Shown here piece after piece: positions 37,039 through 45,058 of a stretch of DNA of 64,000 nt. The stretch spans positions 4,928,001-4,992,000 of the forward strand of contig CATQHZ020000001.1 of NCBI GenBank assembly GCA_958296135.2. Direction: 5' to 3'. Under the pieces are notes generated by a model. That model ran no database searches. It was given only the letters and a program-made list of their open reading frames with translations, and had not been told where the DNA came from. A program made the translations under genes and the position numbers. The stretch comes from an uncultured Poribacteria bacterium (GTDB lineage: Bacteria; Poribacteria; WGA-4E; WGA-3G). The number at the start of each line of letters is the position of its first letter. Position 1 is the stretch's first letter.

Positions 37039-38709
37039 ATGTTGAACAAAACACATCGCCATCACGGAGGGCTCCTATTCGGACTCATCGTCCTTTTGAC
37101 CTTCGCGATGATAGTCACTTCTCATGCCAAAACGATAGAGGAGGTCATCCCCGCGGATAGCTTCCTTTATCTCAAACTCCAAAACTTGGCCGCGTGCCGC
37201 GAGGCAATCGAAACCTCCGACAATTGGAAGGCAGCCGCCGAGTTTATCACTGCGAGCCCCAACTGGGCACTGATGAACCAAATGCTGCAAATAGTGCCGA
37301 TAGTCACCGGGACAGACATTCCCAAGCTCATTGACACGTTTCTGGAAGACCAGGTCGCGCTCACCGTTTCCGCCGGAGAAGAAGGACTCCTCGTCGGGCT
37401 CGTGGTCCAGAATGCGGGTAAGACAGCCGCCGCCGAGCAGACCTTTACTACGCTCACCGAAAGGCTCGCCAGCATGATGGGGCACGAAGTCAACGTGACA
37501 GAAGATACCTATCGGGACATCACGTATCACGCCGTCGCTGTGAGTGGACAGCAGTTCACTTACGGGAGCCTGGACGCAGACCTTTTCCTCGTGGGACTCA
37601 CCCCAGCCAGTTTCAAGAAGGTGGTGGATGTTTACCGCGCCGAGCAGGAATCGATTGCGACAAACGCGACGTATCGTTCCGTGGTGGAGATGACAGGTGA
37701 GCGCGAAGTGTTCGCCTTCGTGGATGTCACCGTGGGAGGGCCCTATTTGCAACTCCTGTTACCGCCGGTTGTCAGCCGCGAACTCGCAGGTTTCCGCACG
37801 TTGGGATATACCTTGGCCCTGTTACGTCCGGGCGACGGCCATCGGCTATACGGACACCTCAACGCCGAGCAGAAGGAGACGCTGATTGCTCGGTTTCAAG
37901 GGGCCACCGCGATGCAAACCACGCGGGGACTCGCCGGCACAGAGGAATTTTTCCTTGCACTTCCGCCTCAGACAGCACCCCTATTCTGGCAAACCGTGCT
38001 AGGTGGGCAGGCCCCCTCCGAGGTTCGCAACTTTCTGTTCCCACCAACCGCGGAGTTGCAAGCCGCCCTCGCCGGCGAACTGACTTACACTATCGACCTT
38101 ATCAACTTCGGGGCGCACTCAGGCTCATTATATACGGTACGCTCTAACACAACAGATGACGTGCTAGACTCAGTCGGCATTGACTTTGAAGAACTCAACG
38201 TTGGTGTCCTCTTCATCCCCGATGCACCGGAAAAATGGCACGCGGTGTTCCAAGGAATGTTGGATAAGTGTGCTGTCCAGCCGCGCCGAGAAGTGGACTA
38301 TCGCGGCATTACTTGCAACATCGTAGAGATTCCCGGTTCCCTCTACTACGGCACTATTGACGACATCTTTTTGTTAGCATTTTCGGAGAAACAGTTCCAG
38401 ACGCTAGTGGACGGGCTGTTAGCCGAACCGGCCTCGGGTGGTTTGCAGCAGCGGCTCGCGGCGTTCGCCGCACCGCCCGCAGCGTGTCTCCAATTTGACT
38501 TCGGGGCTTTTATCAGAGGCAGAGCACCGAGTAACTCAAGGATGCCCGCAGAGGTAGTCGCATCCACGGGGCAGATGGAGCCGCTCTTCGCGTCCCTCGT
38601 TGTCCAAGAGGGGACCGCATCGCTAGACATCGGCCACGCGCCAGAGGAAACAGGGAGTGAGGCACTCGCGAAACTGGCACCGTTTCTGCTCTTGCCGCTT
38701 CTTTTTTAG
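37039..38709 (+). CDS. Exported DUF3352-like protein
   Basis: AGGAGA RBS, signal peptide, VIPADS..YL, Y.DITY, FLVG.T..SFKKVVD and FLLAFSE..FQ.LVD repeated alpha/beta pattern; the family name is inference. Confidence 0.65.
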   Translation: MLNKTHRHHGGLLFGLIVLLTFAMIVTSHAKTIEEVIPADSFLYLKLQNLAACREAIETSDNWKAAAEFITASPNWALMNQMLQIVPIVTGTDIPKLIDTFLEDQVALTVSAGEEGLLVGLVVQNAGKTAAAEQTFTTLTERLASMMGHEVNVTEDTYRDITYHAVAVSGQQFTYGSLDADLFLVGLTPASFKKVVDVYRAEQESIATNATYRSVVEMTGEREVFAFVDVTVGGPYLQLLLPPVVSRELAGFRTLGYTLALLRPGDGHRLYGHLNAEQKETLIARFQGATAMQTTRGLAGTEEFFLALPPQTAPLFWQTVLGGQAPSEVRNFLFPPTAELQAALAGELTYTIDLINFGAHSGSLYTVRSNTTDDVLDSVGIDFEELNVGVLFIPDAPEKWHAVFQGMLDKCAVQPRREVDYRGITCNIVEIPGSLYYGTIDDIFLLAFSEKQFQTLVDGLLAEPASGGLQQRLAAFAAPPAACLQFDFGAFIRGRAPSNSRMPAEVVASTGQMEPLFASLVVQEGTASLDIGHAPEETGSEALAKLAPFLLLPLLF

Positions 38710-38793
38710 GACAGCACTGTAGGAGAGACCTCGGGGCTCAATACCACACTTTTGGAAAAATCTGAAACTTTTTTGGATTTTTCCAAAAGAGAC

Positions 38794-38822
38794 TTGACAA
38801 AAAATCGAAATTTGTATAAAAT
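38794..38822 (+). promoter_or_regulatory. sigma70 promoter upstream of small leader ORF 1
   Basis: TTGACA(38794)-17 bp-TAAAAT(38817). Confidence 0.75.
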
Positions 38823-38886
38823 AGGGACAGTTTTAAGTTTCAAGAGAAGCAACATCCGTAAACCTTGCTTAACGGGGAACAACACA

Positions 38887-39030
38887 GTGAATCAGCGAAT
38901 TCTTAATCCCATTGTGAAACAGGGCACCCATCGCGGGACGCGGCACCTCTCGTGCGCGTCCGCTCCCTTTGTCGCCCCATCACGAGTTCCCGAGCGACTT
39001 AAGACCCCCCCCTTCCTTATCTTCTGTTAA
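38887..39030 (+). CDS. Conserved 47-aa small ORF (leader/precursor peptide 1) MNQRILNPIVKQGTHRGTRHLSCASAPFVAPSRVPERLKTPPFLIFC
   Basis: GTG start with GGGG RBS. Homologous to 58399..58575 with several synonymous substitutions and codon-length indels. Confidence 0.7.
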   Translation: MNQRILNPIVKQGTHRGTRHLSCASAPFVAPSRVPERLKTPPFLIFC

Positions 39031-39186
39031 GTTTTTATCCCCGGCGGCATCGGTATGCGTCGGTATTCTGCCTTAACTTCCGCACGCGCCCGGCGCGTTG
39101 CGGGCCATCTCCGTTGCAAAACAAAAGACTTGCAACTTTTCAACTAGAACCCCTTTAGGGGTGCAACGTTTATAGGAGGTCTGTTT

Positions 39187-40734
39187 ATGCAAATGCTTTG
39201 GCTCATTATCCGACGCGAAGTTGTCTCCAATGTGCTCACCTCTCGCTTCATCATCGGGTTTCTCGTCTGCCTGCTCGCAACCGGTGTCGCCGTGTTGGTG
39301 CAAGTCAACGATTATGAAAAGCGGTTGACGGCTTACCACACCGCCGTGCGGGAATCGCAGGATGAAGCGCGGACGTGGGATGTCTATTCCAAAATCAATC
39401 CGAAGGCGCACCGAAAGCCGAATCCCCTCGGCATCTTTCACGCCGGGATGGAAACATTCGGCGGGAATACTGTGAGTGTTGAACCCGCCCGCCCGATTTG
39501 GAGCGGGCTGCATATCAGCTTCTTCGCCCCCATTCAGAAGATGGGAACGGACAACCCGTTCCTTTCGATTTTTCTGTCGGTGGATGTAACGTTCATCTTC
39601 AAAATCGTGCTCAGTGCGCTAGCGATTCTGTTCGCTTACAACGCGATTTCGGGGGAAAGGGAAGATGGCACCCTCAAACTAGTTTTATCAAACGCTGTGC
39701 CGAGGGACACGATAGTGCTCGGGAAATACTTGGGCGGGATGTTCTCGCTGCTGCCCATTGTTGGCGTGAGTCTCCTATTCGCCCTCCTTTTTGCCTACGC
39801 CTCACCGGCGACGGCCTTTGATGGCAAAGACCTGGCGCACATCGGGCTCATCTTTGCTATCTCGCTGGTGTATGTCTCAACGTGGTATCTGCTCGGGCTG
39901 CTGTTTTCTGTCTGGACGAAGGAAGCTGCCACCACGCTCATCCTGTCCATGTTTGTCTGGGTGATTGTGACAACCGTCCATTCAAATGTCGCGACATTTG
40001 CCGTGGAGCGACTTTTGCCCTCGCAGCCGACAGCGGAATCTTTCCGGCCGATTTTTCAAGAGGCATTGCAAATCTGGGACGCTTTCAGGAAAGAACGGAA
40101 CGCCTACGTGAAACAGAGAGGCCGTGAACAGGCGGCAGACTGGGAGAATCCGCAAGATGCAATTTCCTGGCCATCCAAAGAACTTGCAAGTGAAATAAGT
40201 CACGGTTCTGGAACAGCCCCGTGGTACTCCAAAGAGACCTATGGCGTGAACAATATTGAGCACGCCGACTTGTCCATCTTTCTGGAGATATTAGGCTATC
40301 AGGAACCACTTCGCATTCGCTATGCGGATAAAGTTGAGGAAGTGCTCAACCGACCGAGTCGAGCCGCCGCAAAGAACGCCCAATTGGCAGCGGATATCTC
40401 GCGTCTCTCCTTCGCCGATGTCTATAGTTTTGCGGTGGGCACGCTCGCCGGCACCGACCGGCAGAGCTACACCGATTTTCTGTCCGCCACGCGAACCTAT
40501 AAGCGGCAGCTGGTTGATTATCTCGCCGATAAAGAGGCGTTTTCCTCGCCGACGTGGTTTTCCAGTGACAGGGGCGCGGTGGTGCTCACAGATATGCCGG
40601 TGTTCCGGCACCGGCGGCTGTCGCTATCAGAGAGCCTCTCTCGCGCCGCCGGCGACATTTTGATTTTAGTCGCATGGAATATCATCCTGTTCATGGCGGC
40701 GTATGTCTCGTTCCTCCGCTATGACCTGGGTTGA
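39187..40734 (+). CDS. ABC-2-type transporter permease, type A2
   Basis: AGGAGG RBS, KPNPLGIFH.GME, DNPFL, FAYNAISGEREDGTLKLVLSN. Paralogue of 55533..57032. Confidence 0.9.
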   Translation: MQMLWLIIRREVVSNVLTSRFIIGFLVCLLATGVAVLVQVNDYEKRLTAYHTAVRESQDEARTWDVYSKINPKAHRKPNPLGIFHAGMETFGGNTVSVEPARPIWSGLHISFFAPIQKMGTDNPFLSIFLSVDVTFIFKIVLSALAILFAYNAISGEREDGTLKLVLSNAVPRDTIVLGKYLGGMFSLLPIVGVSLLFALLFAYASPATAFDGKDLAHIGLIFAISLVYVSTWYLLGLLFSVWTKEAATTLILSMFVWVIVTTVHSNVATFAVERLLPSQPTAESFRPIFQEALQIWDAFRKERNAYVKQRGREQAADWENPQDAISWPSKELASEISHGSGTAPWYSKETYGVNNIEHADLSIFLEILGYQEPLRIRYADKVEEVLNRPSRAAAKNAQLAADISRLSFADVYSFAVGTLAGTDRQSYTDFLSATRTYKRQLVDYLADKEAFSSPTWFSSDRGAVVLTDMPVFRHRRLSLSESLSRAAGDILILVAWNIILFMAAYVSFLRYDLG

Positions 40735-40923
40735 GGTCTTTCGTATTGGCGCAAAGCGTTCAATAACAGGGGATGGTGCAATGGCATCTTTCGCCGTATA
40801 TCTGTCATCGTCGTTGACGATGACTACGTTCTTGCAGCGATTTTTCAACACCGATCCAGCGCAAGGATTTCACGAACGAAGTCCTTACTCGCTGAACAGA
40901 ACCTGCATGCAAAGGAGTGACGA

Positions 40924-42369
40924 ATGATTTGGCATATTGTAAAGAAAGAAATCTATCACAACCTCACGACGTTGAGGTTCGCGTTGATGATCCTGCTGCT
41001 GCCGCTCCTGATGATAGCGAACGCCCTCATCTATGGCTTAGCCGGCGGCGGCTGGATGGCGGAAAATAACACGCATCACCAATTGGCAGCCAGATCTTTC
41101 AACGAACTCAAAGCGTCAGCGGCTCAGAGTCTGGCGGAGTTAGCCCTCGTCGGGCCTGGGCGCATTTCCAAGCGGCCCAGCCCGCTGATATTCTGCGCCG
41201 ATGGAGCGGACGAAGTCATACCGAAATTCGTCATGATGAAGAGCGACATTCACAGTAGTCGCAGCGGCGGTAACGATGCGGAACCTTACGCATGGCGTTT
41301 TCCGTGGACATTAGAATATCCGCTGCCGAGTGAGAGCGGTAATTCGATGCAACGCATCAAATTGGACTGGGTGTTCATTGGGATTCTCATGAGCTTCTTC
41401 ACCATCTTGTTCACGTTTGATGCCATCGCCGGGGAGCGCGCCCGCGGCACACTCAGTCTCATCATGTCCAACCAGATCTCCCGCGGGCAGGTGCTGTTGG
41501 CCAAATACCTCGGGGCATTTATCACGCTCATGGTGCCGCTGGCTATCGGTATCCTGATGAACTTGTTGGTTATCCTCCTTAGCGGCAGTATCCCGCTCGC
41601 CGGCGGCGAGTGGCTGCGCATTCTCGGCATGGTGGGGCTGCTGGCACTGCTGGTTTCAAGTTTCATCTTCCTCGGACTGTTTTTCTCCAGTCGTGTCTCA
41701 AATGCTATCACCGGGTTAGTGTGGCTCTTATTAACCTGGGTCTGCCTCGCGTTCGCCTTTCCGAGTCTGCTCGGCACCTTCGTCGGGAACCTTAACCCGA
41801 TTCCATCCGTTGATGAAGTCTCGTTACGGAAAGAGGCACAACTAGCGCAAATCGAAGAAGAATTTCGGGAGCCCCACTCCACACGGCTAAAAAAAGCGCC
41901 GTCTGCCGAAGACCCCGAGACGACGCGCCGCTGGGCCACCTACTTTCTCGCGCGGATAGAGACGCAGACGCAGCTCGCCGATGCACAGATCGACTGGCAG
42001 TTCCGACAGGTGCAACTCGCCCGAGACCTGACGCAGTTCTCGCCGATAGCGTGCTTCCAATATGCGATGGAGGGACTCGCAAACACAGGTGTTGTGAGCT
42101 ACATGAATTTCGTCAAACACGCGCGCCGCTATCGCCAAACGTTTACCGATTTCATCAAGACGGAGGATAGGACAGACTCGGCGAGTCTGCATATCTATCC
42201 GGTGAAAGAGGGATTATCTCAAAAACCGGTTGATGTGGCAGCGGTGCCGCAGTTTCAAGAGGCACTCTCGCATGAAAGTGTGCTGCTGCCGGTGGGATTG
42301 CTAATCCTATTTAACGCGCTGTTCTTCATCATCGCGCAGATTTCGTTTCTGAAGAGCGAGGTGAAGTAA
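40924..42369 (+). CDS. ABC-2-type transporter permease, type B2
   Basis: MIWHIVKKEIYHNL, FTFDAIAGERARGTLSLIMSNQ. Paralogue of 53971..55419. Confidence 0.9.
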   Translation: MIWHIVKKEIYHNLTTLRFALMILLLPLLMIANALIYGLAGGGWMAENNTHHQLAARSFNELKASAAQSLAELALVGPGRISKRPSPLIFCADGADEVIPKFVMMKSDIHSSRSGGNDAEPYAWRFPWTLEYPLPSESGNSMQRIKLDWVFIGILMSFFTILFTFDAIAGERARGTLSLIMSNQISRGQVLLAKYLGAFITLMVPLAIGILMNLLVILLSGSIPLAGGEWLRILGMVGLLALLVSSFIFLGLFFSSRVSNAITGLVWLLLTWVCLAFAFPSLLGTFVGNLNPIPSVDEVSLRKEAQLAQIEEEFREPHSTRLKKAPSAEDPETTRRWATYFLARIETQTQLADAQIDWQFRQVQLARDLTQFSPIACFQYAMEGLANTGVVSYMNFVKHARRYRQTFTDFIKTEDRTDSASLHIYPVKEGLSQKPVDVAAVPQFQEALSHESVLLPVGLLILFNALFFIIAQISFLKSEVK

Positions 42370-42622
42370 ATATCCCTTTCACCGTCGCGCGAGGGAAAAC
42401 CCGGCGAGCGCGAATCGCCGAGGGTTCACCTCGCAAAATCAAACTGAGCGAAAAAAAATGCAACCTTTTCGCATCACGGGTGTGTAACATTTCAGTCAGG
42501 CAACTTTTTTGCAACTCGTTTGTAGTTTGGATAAGTAGACAACCTTTGTTTCCGAATTTTTCAGGAAATAGGGTATAATAGCATAGAGACCGGAACCAAC
42601 AACGATGATGGAGGTTTTGAAA

Positions 42623-43765
42623 ATGAGACATCAAAACGGTTGGCTCACGCTTACCTTTCTCAGCGTTTTCGCCATCGTCCTCTCTCTCAGCGGACAGGCG
42701 AACGCGGAAACTTGGAGTTACTCTGCTCGTTACTCTCACAACGGGGTAACTCTCAGCGAAGTCGTGGAATTTGAGAGCCCGGATGCAATCACCACGGGAC
42801 AATATGAGGGAACGCAGACTGCGGCGGCACTCATGGCGGCGTTTGATGCGGCTTACACTAAGGCACGCCCGAAAACCACTGTGACGGTGTCGCGTCAAGG
42901 GAAGCGTGCTGAAATCAAAAGCGAGTGGACCGAGGCAGAAATCGATGCCCGGTATCCACGCGCCGAGTGGCTGCAGCTGCTTTTGGATAAAGACATCACA
43001 ATAACGCACTTCGGAGACTACGCCATGTCTCTGTCGAAACGGCATACGCTGGCACTCTTGAAGGATAACCCGAAACTGTGGCAGTGGCGGCTCCTGGGCA
43101 TTCCACCGACGAAAGATTGGCATACCTACAAAGCGGCGTATCTCAATAAGGGCGTAGACTTCCATGCGCAGTCCCGGAAAGTGGCGGCATCTGTCGAAGC
43201 GGTGAAGGAACAAGTTGAACGCGCGAAGGAACTTATTCCTGCCGTGCCAGCTCCGCCGCACATTCCTGCGATGCCGATTCCTGCCGTGCCAGCTCCGCCG
43301 CACATTCCTGCGATGCCGAACCTCTGGCAAGAAGTTGATGAAATCGAGCAACTGGTCGAAGAGTTCAAAGCGGCAATTGAGGAAGTCTCCAAGGCCAGGG
43401 ATGACATCGGTGATGAAATCCCGCAACTAGTCGAAGAGTTCAAAGCGGCAATTGGGGAAGTCTCCAAGGCCAGGGATGACATCGGTGATGAAATCGAGCA
43501 ACTGGTCGAAGAGTTCAAAGCGGCAATTGGGGAAGTCTCCAAGGCCAGGGGTGACATCGGTGAGGGCATCAACGGACAACTGAAGCACACGAAAGCGCAA
43601 GTGGCGCACGCGAAGCAGCAGTTAAAACGTGCTGAGGCACAAGTTGAACGCGCGAGGCAACAGTTGAGACGTGCCCAAGAGGCTTTGGAACGTGAGAGAA
43701 AGCGGACCTCGCCGCCAGCTCACAAGCGCGAACCGAAGCAGGATAGCAAGGAGGGGACGCTTTAG
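42623..43765 (+). CDS. Secreted hypothetical protein with Pro-rich and helical/coiled-coil tandem repeats
   Basis: GGAGG RBS, signal peptide, 2x IPAVPAPPHIPAMP (42 bp), 3x DEIEQLVEEFKAAI.EVSKARDDIG (75 bp), C-terminal coiled coil. Confidence 0.75.
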   Translation: MRHQNGWLTLTFLSVFAIVLSLSGQANAETWSYSARYSHNGVTLSEVVEFESPDAITTGQYEGTQTAAALMAAFDAAYTKARPKTTVTVSRQGKRAEIKSEWTEAEIDARYPRAEWLQLLLDKDITITHFGDYAMSLSKRHTLALLKDNPKLWQWRLLGIPPTKDWHTYKAAYLNKGVDFHAQSRKVAASVEAVKEQVERAKELIPAVPAPPHIPAMPIPAVPAPPHIPAMPNLWQEVDEIEQLVEEFKAAIEEVSKARDDIGDEIPQLVEEFKAAIGEVSKARDDIGDEIEQLVEEFKAAIGEVSKARGDIGEGINGQLKHTKAQVAHAKQQLKRAEAQVERARQQLRRAQEALERERKRTSPPAHKREPKQDSKEGTL

Positions 43766-43938
43766 GGGCTCATCCTTTTATCGGTAGGGCGAGGGCCGTC
43801 ACGGTCACGCCGTCTTTTTACCGTAGGGCGAGGGCCGTCACGCCGAAACTTTGTCATCTCTGCAGCCTCGCTGCAGAGATGTCCACTGTCCCTCGCCATG
43901 CCCGATCTTCCCCAGATCGCATTTTATGAGGCGTTACC

Positions 43939-44340
43939 ATGAAAATGCGCAAAATTGACCTGGATCACGTCACATCCAGCTGCGATGCCATCGCCTTTCT
44001 CCGCATGGAAGTTCCTGATGAGCGGTATTATGGCCCCCTGCCATTCGGACACGTTCGGTACGCTTACAAGGGCATTGAACAAGAGGCAGGCTTCCCCATG
44101 GATCTGGATAAGGAAATCTTCCTGACACGGTTCGACGAGGTTCCGGTTAAGAATGCACTCGGAGAAGATGAACCCTTGGATGCAGCAGCATGGCAAGCCT
44201 TAGAGGCGGCTTTTCGCAAGGCCGCACCCGATTTTATTGCAGCAGTGCAAGAAGACTACGCAGCGCGCTGGCAAAGGTTTTTTGGCAGCGACGAGGAAAT
44301 TGAAACCCCACAGGAGGCATATCATGTTACAAACGCGTGA
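43939..44340 (+). CDS. Hypothetical protein (stand-alone copy of the N-terminal domain of 27045..27959), overlapping the ATPase start
   Basis: IAFLRMEVPDERYYGPLPFGHVRYAYKGIEQEAGFPMDLDKEIF. GAGG RBS. Confidence 0.75.
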   Translation: MKMRKIDLDHVTSSCDAIAFLRMEVPDERYYGPLPFGHVRYAYKGIEQEAGFPMDLDKEIFLTRFDEVPVKNALGEDEPLDAAAWQALEAAFRKAAPDFIAAVQEDYAARWQRFFGSDEEIETPQEAYHVTNA

Positions 44341-45058
44341 CTTAACGAAAGTCTACAACGAGACTGTCATGGCGGTGAATGCACTCAACCTCACCGTCAA
44401 CGATGGCGAAATCTATGTCGTACTCGGCGCGAACGGTGCCGGCAAAAGCACGACGATATCGATGCTGCTCAACTTCATTGAACCGACGAGCGGCACAGCA
44501 CTCATCGGTGACATCGAGATTCCGAAGTTTCCGCTGGAGGCGAAGCGGCACCTCGCCTATGTCTCCGAGAACGTGGAACTCTATCGCAACTTCACCGCCC
44601 GACAAAACCTCGCCTTTTTCGCCAAACTCGGCGGCCGGAAAAAGGTATCCAACGCGGATTTGGATGCCACCCTTGGGCGCGTCGGATTACCCGAAGCAGC
44701 GTTCACGCGGCGGGTGAAGACGTTCTCCAAAGGGATGCGGCAACGCTTGGGCATCGCGATTGCTATGATGAAGAATGCGCAGGCGGTGCTGCTGGACGAA
44801 CCGACTTCGGGGTTAGACCCGAAGGGCGGTGCCGATTTTCTAAACCTGCTGCGTGACTTGCGGGAGGAAGGGAAAGCTATCTTCATGTCGACACACGACA
44901 TTTTCCGCGCGAAGGAGATAGCTGACAAGATTGGCATTCTCGTCGCCGGCAATTTGGAGCGCGAGTTAACGCGCGAAGATATAGCGCAGGAAAATCTGGA
45001 GGCGTTGTATCTCCGCTACGTCGCGGGGTATGAACCGGCAGAGGAGGACAGCGAGTGA
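44324..45058 (+). CDS. ABC transporter ATP-binding protein (ABC-2/CcmA-GldA-like)
   Basis: Walker A GANGAGKST, signature FSKGMRQR, Walker B LLDEPTSGLDP, H-loop STHD. AGGAGG RBS before ATG 44324. Confidence 0.95.
   Translation: MLQTRDLTKVYNETVMAVNALNLTVNDGEIYVVLGANGAGKSTTISMLLNFIEPTSGTALIGDIEIPKFPLEAKRHLAYVSENVELYRNFTARQNLAFFAKLGGRKKVSNADLDATLGRVGLPEAAFTRRVKTFSKGMRQRLGIAIAMMKNAQAVLLDEPTSGLDPKGGADFLNLLRDLREEGKAIFMSTHDIFRAKEIADKIGILVAGNLERELTREDIAQENLEALYLRYVAGYEPAEEDSE

Noticed and set aside
38752-38886. Longer N-terminal extensions of the leader ORFs given by the ORF track (also 58576-58659)
   Set aside because: They overlap the promoters, are not conserved between the copies, and the RBS-like sequences sit before the internal GTG.
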